DNA of 64,000 bases from Candidatus Xenobia bacterium (GTDB lineage Bacteria; Vulcanimicrobiota; Xenobia; Xenobiales; QWHO01): positions 53,527 to 117,526 of the forward strand of contig BTUM01000016.1 in NCBI GenBank assembly GCA_045863235.1, written 5' to 3'. How positions within the stretch are numbered: position 1 is the first letter of the stretch; each line of letters begins with the position of its first letter. Positions 56,469-64,000 of the stretch are shown one piece after another. Made by a program: the position numbers and the translations under genes. The notes under the pieces were generated by a model. The model ran no database searches. It was not told where the DNA came from and saw only the letters and a program-made list of their open reading frames with translations.

Positions 56469-58925
56469 ATGGTCATCACTGCCGCCCAGCCAATTCTCTC
56501 TCGCTCTCATAAGGCGCCGCGCGTTGAACACTTCAGGAATTGGCGCGGCGCCGTTCAACAGATTGTCCACACTCCCGCGCGTTCCAATTCTGAACAGGTT
56601 AACGCGCGGGAGTGTAGCCCGGAAGACACCCTTCAGACCGCCCGCCGACTGCTCGAGCAGAACCAGGTCGAGCAGGCCATCGCCTTGCTCGAGGCCTCCC
56701 CCGGAGCCGCGTCCTCCCCCGTGCTGCAGGCCATGCTGGGAGCCGCCTACTTCCGCAAGGAAGATTACCAGGCCGCCATCACGCACTATGAGAAAGCCCA
56801 CCAGCTCGAGCCCGAGAACCCCGAGTATCGCGAGCGCCTCGAGCAGGCCGTGGCCAACCAGCTCAGCGACGTGAGCTACGACCCCGGCAAGCATCCCTTC
56901 GACAAGGAGGTGCTGCTCGGCCCTCCCCGCCCCGGCGAGGTCAACGAGCAGGGGGCCAACCACACCCCCGAGCGCGGCAGCCTGGCCCGCCGCCTGGCCA
57001 TCGGCAGCCTGAAGGTGGCCGGCTATGCCGCCGGCGCCCTGATCGGGGGCGGGCTCGGCCTGTTGGCCCGGGCTTTCGGCCAGCGTGAGAAGGACGAAGT
57101 CTGGACCACCTGGTCGCGCAAGAACTACGTCCAGGGCCTGCTGACCCTGGCCCAGATGCGCTATGAGCTCGACCACAACAACCTGCATGACAGCTACCAG
57201 GCTCAGGGGCAGCTGGTGGGCTTCGTGCAGCCCGGCATGAAGGCTCCCGAGTGGACCACCTGGGCCCGCACCGCCGACGGCAGCTGGAACAACCCCGACA
57301 ATCCCAAGGAGGGGGCGGCCGGCACGCGCTTCGGGCGCAACGTGCAGCCCTCCGCCACGGTGGTGGATCCGGCCACGCTGCTCGACCCCAATCCGCGTGA
57401 GATCAGCCGGGTGCTCCTGACCCGCGATCAGGGCTACAAGGCCGTGCCCTTCCTGAACCTGATGGCCGCATCGTGGATCCAGTTCATGGTGCATGACTGG
57501 GTCAGCCACGGCGAGAACCGTGGGGCCGACGCGGGCTTCTACGAGATCCCGCTGGGCGAGGACGACCCGGTGCGCCAGAAAAACCACATGACCCACATGT
57601 TCGTGCCCAGGACGGCCGAGGACCCGACTCGCCGGCCCGAGGAAGCCGGCACGCCTCCCACCCACGTCAACGAGGTGACCCACTGGTGGGACGGCTCGCA
57701 GATCTATGGCAGCGATCTGGCGACCCAGAATAAGCTGCGCTCGGGGCAAGACGGCAAGATGCGCCTGGACGCCCGCGGCAACCTGCCGCTCGGCTCGGAC
57801 GGCGTCGAGGAGACGGGCTTTCGGCGCAACTGGTGGCTGGGCTTGAGCATGCTGCACACCCTGTTCGTGCGCGAGCACAACGACATCTGCGACATGCTGA
57901 AAAAGCAGCACCCCGACTGGACCGACGAGCGATTGTTCCAGGTCGCCCGGCTGATCAACGCCGCCCAGATGGCCAAGATCCACACTGTCGAGTGGACCCC
58001 CGCCATCCTGCCCAATCGCCTCCTCAACGACGCTATGAACGCCAACTGGTCGGGGGCCGTCAGTCACCAGCTGGTGAACCGAAAAGACCGCAAGACGGAT
58101 GCCCCCTGGGAGCCGACCGACCACATCCTGGGCGGCATCGTGGGCCACCACACCGACAAGTTTGGCATCCCCTTCAGCCTGACCGAGGAGTTCACCGCCG
58201 TCTACCGCCTGCACTCGCTTCTGCCCGACAGCCTGCAGCTACGCAAGATCGGCGACAGCGACGGGGTGGAGGTGCCCCTGGGCCAGACCCGGGCCAAGGC
58301 CTCGCATCGCCTCACCGATTCGCTCTCGATGGCCGACCTGTTCAGCTCGTTCGGCACCATGCAGCCGGGCCAGCTGGTGCTGAACAACTACCCCAAGACC
58401 CTGCAAGACCTGAGCATCCCGGGCTTTGCCGCCTACGACCTGGCCGCCATCGACATCCTGCGGGACCGCGAGCGGGGGGTGCCTCGCTACAACGAGTTCC
58501 GCCGCCAGCTGCAGCTCAATCCCATCACCAGGTTCGAGGACCTGAGCGACGATGCGAAGGTGGTCAGCGAGCTGAAACGGCTCTACCACAACGACATCGA
58601 GAAGATCGACCTGCTGGTTGGCACGCTGGCCGAGAGCCACCGGCCCCAGGGCTTTGGCTTCGGCGAGACCATGTTCCAGGTCTTCATCCTGAACGCCAGC
58701 CGCCGCCTGCAGGCCGACCGCTTCTTCACCACCAGCTACAACGCCGAGACCTACACGCCCGAGGGCCTCAAGCGCATCGACCAGTGCACCATGAAGGGCC
58801 TGCTCTTGCGCCACTACCCGGACCTGGCCGCCACCGGGCTGGGCAACGTGGAGAACGCGTTCGAGCCGTGGGACCAGGGAGCCCTGGACCCGGCCCGTCA
58901 TCCGCTTGCCAATCTGCGGGCCTGA
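56469..58925 (+). CDS. TPR + heme peroxidase-cyclooxygenase superfamily enzyme (fatty-acid dioxygenase-like)
   Basis: TPR LGAAYFRKEDYQAAITHYEKA; RTADGSWN, WIQFMVHDW, THWWDGSQIYG, EEFTAVYRLH, RDRERGVPRYNEFRR. Confidence 0.88.
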   Translation: MVITAAQPILSRSHKAPRVEHFRNWRGAVQQIVHTPARSNSEQVNARECSPEDTLQTARRLLEQNQVEQAIALLEASPGAASSPVLQAMLGAAYFRKEDYQAAITHYEKAHQLEPENPEYRERLEQAVANQLSDVSYDPGKHPFDKEVLLGPPRPGEVNEQGANHTPERGSLARRLAIGSLKVAGYAAGALIGGGLGLLARAFGQREKDEVWTTWSRKNYVQGLLTLAQMRYELDHNNLHDSYQAQGQLVGFVQPGMKAPEWTTWARTADGSWNNPDNPKEGAAGTRFGRNVQPSATVVDPATLLDPNPREISRVLLTRDQGYKAVPFLNLMAASWIQFMVHDWVSHGENRGADAGFYEIPLGEDDPVRQKNHMTHMFVPRTAEDPTRRPEEAGTPPTHVNEVTHWWDGSQIYGSDLATQNKLRSGQDGKMRLDARGNLPLGSDGVEETGFRRNWWLGLSMLHTLFVREHNDICDMLKKQHPDWTDERLFQVARLINAAQMAKIHTVEWTPAILPNRLLNDAMNANWSGAVSHQLVNRKDRKTDAPWEPTDHILGGIVGHHTDKFGIPFSLTEEFTAVYRLHSLLPDSLQLRKIGDSDGVEVPLGQTRAKASHRLTDSLSMADLFSSFGTMQPGQLVLNNYPKTLQDLSIPGFAAYDLAAIDILRDRERGVPRYNEFRRQLQLNPITRFEDLSDDAKVVSELKRLYHNDIEKIDLLVGTLAESHRPQGFGFGETMFQVFILNASRRLQADRFFTTSYNAETYTPEGLKRIDQCTMKGLLLRHYPDLAATGLGNVENAFEPWDQGALDPARHPLANLRA

Positions 58926-59009
58926 GGGGTCACATTCTGGCAAACTTCATCCCCCTCATGGGACGCTGGATCAACGGGACGCTCGACGGGTTGGCCTCAA
59001 AATGCCGGT

Positions 59010-60953
59010 ATGCGAATCGATACCATTTCTTCCTTCGTGCCCACCCATCGCGCGACCCGGGCCACCCCCGCGGCCGTGGCGGCGCCTCCCGCCGACACGG
59101 TGGAGCTCTCCAGCGCCCCCCTCCCCACCCGCTCCTGGTTGTGGTCCTCGCTGGCCTCGGCCGGGCTGCTGACCGCCGAGCTGGTGCAGGGTCCCATCGC
59201 AGCTCGCCTGAGCGTGCTGCAGACGCTGGGCCTGGAAGAGGTCCTGCGGGCCTTCCAGGAGCAGGGCGGCAGGCTGCTGGGTGACAACAACCTGCTTGGC
59301 CTGGTGCTGACCCTGGGCAAAGAGAAGCGCGAGCTGACCAGCGAGCAAGCCCTGACCACGCTGGTGAAGGGGGATCGTCTCTGGGTCCAGCCCCCGGGAC
59401 AGGAAGACCCGACCCGGGTGGAACGGCTGGATACCCTGGCGGCGGTCGATGCGCTGCTGCTGGGAGCTCGCCCCGAGGTGACCTCGGCCCCCCACCGCAT
59501 CCATGCGTTGAAGAACCTCAGCCAGGCCGGATACCAGTTCCCGGGCGGTCTGGTGCAGGCTTACACCGACGCCCGGGTCGAGACCGTGCGACCCTCGGGC
59601 GGCGCATGCACCAATCTGAGCCAGGCCAGACTGGGTGCGGAGGACTACTTCCGGATCAGTCACGACCCGAACGCGCTCGAGCACCCCGATTTCGCGGTGG
59701 AGCTGGAAGCCAATCGCGACGCTTTCGAGGAGCCCCTGGAGGGGATCTATGCCGACGCTCATGATCGCCACTGGGGCGCGGAGCTGAAGCACCGGGGGCT
59801 GACGCTCACCGAGCTCAAGGAGCCGACCGTCTCCGAAGCCAGCCTGGCTGCCGAGCGAATGCGCACCGGCCGGCGGGTGCTCGAGCAGGTCTTCGCAGAG
59901 AACGCCAACTACACTGCCGGGCAGATCACGCGGGCGGTGGTGCACCGCTCCGGTGGAGTGGACCCGGTGGCCGCCGCCACGGTGCTCGACCGCATCCAGC
60001 GCGCCGATCCCAATCACGCTTTTCGCTGCGACGTGAACGATCTCTACGCTCGCGAGCTCAAGAACGGACACCGCGGCCCCGAGCTGCTGCAAAGACTGGA
60101 GATGATGGCCGGGCTGATCCACGCGACCACCATGGCAGACGTGGAGGAGTCAACCAACTACCTGCAGGGCCGCGGCCCCATCCCGCAGTATGCGGCCCTG
60201 GCCAGGGTGACCGGGGGCGAGAAGGCACGGGAGTTGCTGGCCCAGGCCGAGTTGGTGGACCAGCCCGACCTGGACATGCTGGTGCGCCTGGCCACGGCCC
60301 AGGCCCTGACCGGCAAGGAGGTCGACTGCAACCTGCTCTCCCGCGACTTCGGGCTGCTCTCCCAGCCGGGGGGCAGCGAGGCGGTGCGGCAGGCCTTCGA
60401 GCAGGGTCTGCAGGACGGCCACCACGACCTGACCGCCCTGCGGGCCCTGGCGGCCCTGCGCCAGGTCTCCCCGGAAGAGCTCGAGCGCCTGAGCCGCCTG
60501 GTGCCAGAGCCCCGCGTGGACCTGCCTGCCGTCTTGACCGGCCAGCAACCCGGTGAGAGCGCCCAGCAGGCATTTGCTCGCTATACGAGCCTGCAAGAAA
60601 GCCAGGCCGGGCCGGCCGTGGCCGCACGGGTCTTTCCCTGGCTCGGGCCGCACCAGGAGGAGCTGATGACGCTGGTCGAGTGCCTGGGTCGGCTGCGACG
60701 CGCCCCGGAGGCCGGCGAGGTCTTCCTGCGTCTCAAGAAGCTGGCCGGGGACGACCTTGCTCCCGCGGTGGACCGGTTCGTGCAGAACTTCCTGCTCAGC
60801 GACGACATCGAGCAGGCTCTGAGCGGAGTGGATCACACCCGCCAGGGAGCGGCCGTCGCCGTTGAGGAGAACGTGGTCCGCATCGGGGGCGCATCGCTCA
60901 AGATGCGCGCCGGGTCAGGCTCAGGCAAGGTAGGTCAGCGCCCTTCCGTGTGA
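59010..60953 (+). CDS. Hypothetical helical protein with low-complexity N-terminus and the shared C-terminal motif
   Basis: MRIDTISSF..PADTVELSS; tail VAVEENVVRIGGASLKMR. Confidence 0.7.
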   Translation: MRIDTISSFVPTHRATRATPAAVAAPPADTVELSSAPLPTRSWLWSSLASAGLLTAELVQGPIAARLSVLQTLGLEEVLRAFQEQGGRLLGDNNLLGLVLTLGKEKRELTSEQALTTLVKGDRLWVQPPGQEDPTRVERLDTLAAVDALLLGARPEVTSAPHRIHALKNLSQAGYQFPGGLVQAYTDARVETVRPSGGACTNLSQARLGAEDYFRISHDPNALEHPDFAVELEANRDAFEEPLEGIYADAHDRHWGAELKHRGLTLTELKEPTVSEASLAAERMRTGRRVLEQVFAENANYTAGQITRAVVHRSGGVDPVAAATVLDRIQRADPNHAFRCDVNDLYARELKNGHRGPELLQRLEMMAGLIHATTMADVEESTNYLQGRGPIPQYAALARVTGGEKARELLAQAELVDQPDLDMLVRLATAQALTGKEVDCNLLSRDFGLLSQPGGSEAVRQAFEQGLQDGHHDLTALRALAALRQVSPEELERLSRLVPEPRVDLPAVLTGQQPGESAQQAFARYTSLQESQAGPAVAARVFPWLGPHQEELMTLVECLGRLRRAPEAGEVFLRLKKLAGDDLAPAVDRFVQNFLLSDDIEQALSGVDHTRQGAAVAVEENVVRIGGASLKMRAGSGSGKVGQRPSV

Positions 60954-61017
60954 TACAGTCACTGCGGGGCATTGCTCGGATCGGGCGCATCACCAGCGTG
61001 TCGGGCTCGCGGGCGGA

Positions 61018-62361
61018 TCATGATCCGGTTCCGGGACGGATCACGGACTCGGGGAGGAGCGGGCTCGTCCTTGAGAGCGCGGTGAGGGCGATGCGAACAT
61101 CCTGCAGGTCGGGGAACCTCTGCTCGGGGTCCTTGGCCAGCATCCGCAGCACCACCGACTCGAGCTCGGCGGGCAGGTCGGCCCGGAAGGACCGGGGAGC
61201 CGGCACCTCCTCGGACACGTGCTTCCAGATGACCGACAGGTCGTTCTCGAGGAAGGGGCGGCGGCCGCACAGCAGCTCGTAGAGCACGATCCCCATGGCG
61301 TACTGATCCGAGCGCTTGTCCAGACGGCCCATGATCTGCTCGGGAGCCATATAGGCGGGCGTGCCCAGGGCGGCTCCGGTGGCGGTCAGAGGCGGGGAGT
61401 CGGGCGACTTGGCCAGGCCGAAGTCCATCAGCACGACCCGACCGGAATCCTCCACCAGGATGTTGGACGGCTTCAGGTCGCGGTGCACGATGTCGGCTTT
61501 GTGAGCCTGCTCGAGGGCCTCCAGGGCGGGCAAGAAGAGCGCCAGGGCGGCGCTGGCCTCAAGACCGCCGGCCGGGATGAGCTCGTTGAGGTCGCGGCCT
61601 GAGATGAGCTCCATGGCGTAGTAGAGCAGTCCGTCCTGCTGATCGCAGGAGTAGACCTTGACGATGCCGCGATGGTTGAGCTTGCCAGCCAGGCGGATCT
61701 CGCGCCAGAAGCGGTCGCGGAACTCGCCCTGATCGCTGAGCTCGGGGCGGATGACCTTGAGAGCCACCTCGCCATCGGGGCCCGAGGCCCGGTAAACGCA
61801 GCCCATTCCGCCCACTCCCAGACGGCGGGTGAGCACGAACGGACCGAACTGCTTCCCCAGGTAAGGATCTCCCGCGTCGGCCTGGAGCCCGGCCTGCAGG
61901 CTTTGCAGGGCGTTGAGCTCGGAAGCGGCTGCCTGGCCGCGGCGACGGGCCTCGACTGCGAGCCAGCGCAGGCCGGTCGCCGCGGCCAGGGGGAAAAGAC
62001 CGAGCCAGAGCAGCTGGGGATGGACCCGCACCCGGTCGCGCAGGCCAACCCACCAGGAGGTCGGGGTCAACCTGCTCTCCAGCCCCGAAGCCAGCTGCTC
62101 CCAGCTCACCACCACGGTCTGGTCGCGATAGCCGGGAGCCCGCACGACGAGGCTCAGGTTGCCGAGGCGACCCTGCGAATCGAGGAACCAGTCGCGCTCA
62201 AACAGCACCGGTTGGTCACTCGTGCCCACCAGGGCCAGCCCTCCGGGAGCGTCGGCGACGCGGTAGACAGACACATGGGGAGGAAACGAGCGCACGGTGA
62301 CCTCTCTGGACTCGGCTACAGCCCATCCCGTCAGCAGGAGCACCAGCAACAGGGCTCTCAT
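61018..62361 (-). CDS. Membrane Hanks-type Ser/Thr protein kinase with extracellular N-terminal domain
   Basis: Start ATG 62361 with signal peptide and TM; LGVGGMGCVY, VALK, HRDLKPSN, DFG, GTPAYMAPE. Confidence 0.9.
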   Translation of the reverse strand: MRALLLVLLLTGWAVAESREVTVRSFPPHVSVYRVADAPGGLALVGTSDQPVLFERDWFLDSQGRLGNLSLVVRAPGYRDQTVVVSWEQLASGLESRLTPTSWWVGLRDRVRVHPQLLWLGLFPLAAATGLRWLAVEARRRGQAAASELNALQSLQAGLQADAGDPYLGKQFGPFVLTRRLGVGGMGCVYRASGPDGEVALKVIRPELSDQGEFRDRFWREIRLAGKLNHRGIVKVYSCDQQDGLLYYAMELISGRDLNELIPAGGLEASAALALFLPALEALEQAHKADIVHRDLKPSNILVEDSGRVVLMDFGLAKSPDSPPLTATGAALGTPAYMAPEQIMGRLDKRSDQYAMGIVLYELLCGRRPFLENDLSVIWKHVSEEVPAPRSFRADLPAELESVVLRMLAKDPEQRFPDLQDVRIALTALSRTSPLLPESVIRPGTGS

Positions 62362-62912
62362 GGGCTCACCCGCAGATTGATGCTGGTCTGGAACTGCTGG
62401 CGTCCTGCCCGAGCGCGGTGGGGGATTCGGTAGTCGGTGGTCAGCTCCAGGCTGAAGGTGCGGCCCTCCAGGCGGGGGCTGAACGAGGATACCTGGTCCA
62501 TCAAGGCAACGGGCTGGGAGGGGGCCAGCAGCCGCAGTTGCTCGGAGGTCAGCCGCACGGGCCGGTTCGTGCTGACCGATCGGATGGTGCTGCGGGTGAC
62601 GCGAGCGTTGGCGAACGTGTACACGACCAGCGAGTCGTCCCAGACCTGCTGGCCGGAGCTGGTGAGGTCTTTCAGGCGATGGATGGCGATGCTTGCCTGC
62701 CCTACGCTGACTCCCTCGGCGCAACTCCTGCGCAGGTCGGTCCGCAGGCGCTTCATGACCAGGCTCCCGAGTTGGAAGCGCTGATTCTCCACCGACTGGG
62801 CGGCGTAGACGCGCATTCCCCAGCTCACCAGAGCGGTCAGGAGGGTGAGCACGAGACCGGCAAGTCCGAGCGCGACCAGAAGCTCGGGCAGCGAGAACGC
62901 TTTACGTTTCAT
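62358..62912 (-). CDS. Prepilin-type N-terminal cleavage/methylation domain protein
   Basis: MKRKA-FSLPELLVALGLAGLVL with Glu at +5. Confidence 0.75.
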   Translation of the reverse strand: MKRKAFSLPELLVALGLAGLVLTLLTALVSWGMRVYAAQSVENQRFQLGSLVMKRLRTDLRRSCAEGVSVGQASIAIHRLKDLTSSGQQVWDDSLVVYTFANARVTRSTIRSVSTNRPVRLTSEQLRLLAPSQPVALMDQVSSFSPRLEGRTFSLELTTDYRIPHRARAGRQQFQTSINLRVSP

Positions 62913-63285
62913 CGTTGGCCACCCGGACTTCCCGGGACAGCCGGCGCAGCCGCCCCATCTCGCGCCATTGCAGCTCGACCCGAACGGTCTTGAGCAGGCT
63001 GGCGTCGTAGCCTTCGACCGGCACGACTTCGACCCGGGCCAGGAACTGGTGGCCGTCTACCGACTGACTCAACCGCACTGAGCCTCTCAGCTCGGAGAAG
63101 GGCAGGCCCTGACGCTGCTCGAGCAGGCTCTGCGCGAGCGCTGCCGCCCGGTAGGAGTCACGCGCCTTGTGGTTGGCCAGAAGGGCGCCCGGCACCACCG
63201 TGGTGAGCGCCGTGACCAGCAGGCTGGCAATGGAGAGGCTGATGACCGACTCCATCAAACCGTATCCGCGTCTTTTGCTTCTCAT
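62902..63285 (-). CDS. Minor pilin / pseudopilin (PilV-like)
   Basis: AGGAGG RBS; MRSKRRG-YGLMESVISL; A..LAQSLLE; VRVELQW. Confidence 0.75.
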   Translation of the reverse strand: MRSKRRGYGLMESVISLSIASLLVTALTTVVPGALLANHKARDSYRAAALAQSLLEQRQGLPFSELRGSVRLSQSVDGHQFLARVEVVPVEGYDASLLKTVRVELQWREMGRLRRLSREVRVANDET

Positions 63286-63828
63286 TTGGCTCACCTCCTG
63301 GTCCAAGCATAAGCTCGATTGGAGAAGCGCTCAGTAACGAGTCAACGGGGGGATCGGTGATCTTGATCACACTGCGAAGGGAGTTCTTTGCACCTGTCAA
63401 GGGACACCAAAGTACCCGCACTTGGGGGACACGAAAGTACCGGGGCCAGTGGTCAACTTGGGCATGAGACCCTCCAATTTTCTGACTCTGCAACTCTTCC
63501 CATCGATCTGCACGACGTGGTCTAGGGTGGCGGTGGCTAGAACCTCGTCGGAGAGGCTTCAATGCACCGACCAGCTTCAATATTAAGAAACCTTAACAAC
63601 TCGAACTCCAGTTCCGGGACACCTGGAGAGTCGGCCTGGAACGCCTCCATACGACCCCTCAGTGCCCCACTCCAGGCCATTGAATCGACTTCAGGCAGTT
63701 TGCCCCTCCCACCCCCTCCAGAGCCTCCTGGAACCCACTTCAAACGCGTCACTTTTCCCGCATAACCAGGCCGTTTTTTACGCTCGCCCGTTTTGACTCC
63801 ACAAGTCGGATTCGTGTAATCTTATGCC

Positions 63829-64000
63829 ATGCACGATAGCTGCCTGAATAAAGCGGATCGCCTGGAGGCCCTGGTCCGGCTGGACGAGGAGTGCCAGCGT
63901 CTGATGGGCCTCGAGAGTGCGGCCCGGCTGCGTTTGGGATGGGTCTGCCTGGAGCTGCGCAAGCCCTACCTGGAGGGCACCGCCATCGAGCAGCTGGGGT
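63829..64000 (+). CDS. Hypothetical protein, N-terminal fragment (runs off window end)
   Basis: TTGACT-N18-TAATCT then ATG 6 nt later; open frame MHDSCLNKADRLEALVRLDEEC..IEQLG. Confidence 0.5.
   Translation, partial: MHDSCLNKADRLEALVRLDEECQRLMGLESAARLRLGWVCLELRKPYLEGTAIEQLG

Noticed and set aside
58960..58990. GGGACGCT direct repeat upstream of the tagged gene at 59010 as a ninth box
   Set aside because: 16-bp period and no TTCAG core.
63310..63780. Lower-GC region with small ORFs (63537..63752, 63562..63765) or a possible RNA gene
   Set aside because: No recognisable motif, tRNA fold or consistent translation signals.

Overview
GC-rich bacterial window with about 55 genes and no rRNA, tRNA, CRISPR array or transposase that I can see. 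The taxon cannot be determined from the sequence. Recognisable genes: an ABC-F/OXA-type beta-lactamase pair, a cobalamin riboswitch with btuFCD, ada-alkA/ogt, an RNA ligase/HD-Pnk repair operon, a split yehL/yehMPQ-like AAA-VWA-SWIM cluster, MocR/DUF2917, msrB, a heme dioxygenase plus catalase-like pair, and prepilins with a Ser/Thr kinase. The main new signal is a dispersed system with two independent marks. (1) Six otherwise unrelated proteins without signal peptides end in the same gap-free 18-residue motif [VI]-x-[EQV]-x4-V-x-[VFI]-G-[GS]-[VA]-x-[VL]-[RKP]-x-R. (2) Eight promoters share TTTCAG-N5-TTTCAG, followed 10-11 nt later by a -10-like hexamer; in seven of them the ATG lies 22-25 nt after the repeat. 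Four of the five transcription units with the tail also have this promoter, which suggests a co-regulated set of exported or sorted cargo proteins (inference). Also notable: an unannotated candidate selenoprotein (secreted HMA domain, GMS-U-GATC) and a pair of inverted ~70-bp hairpin elements with NrdR-box-like 16-mers flanking one gene.
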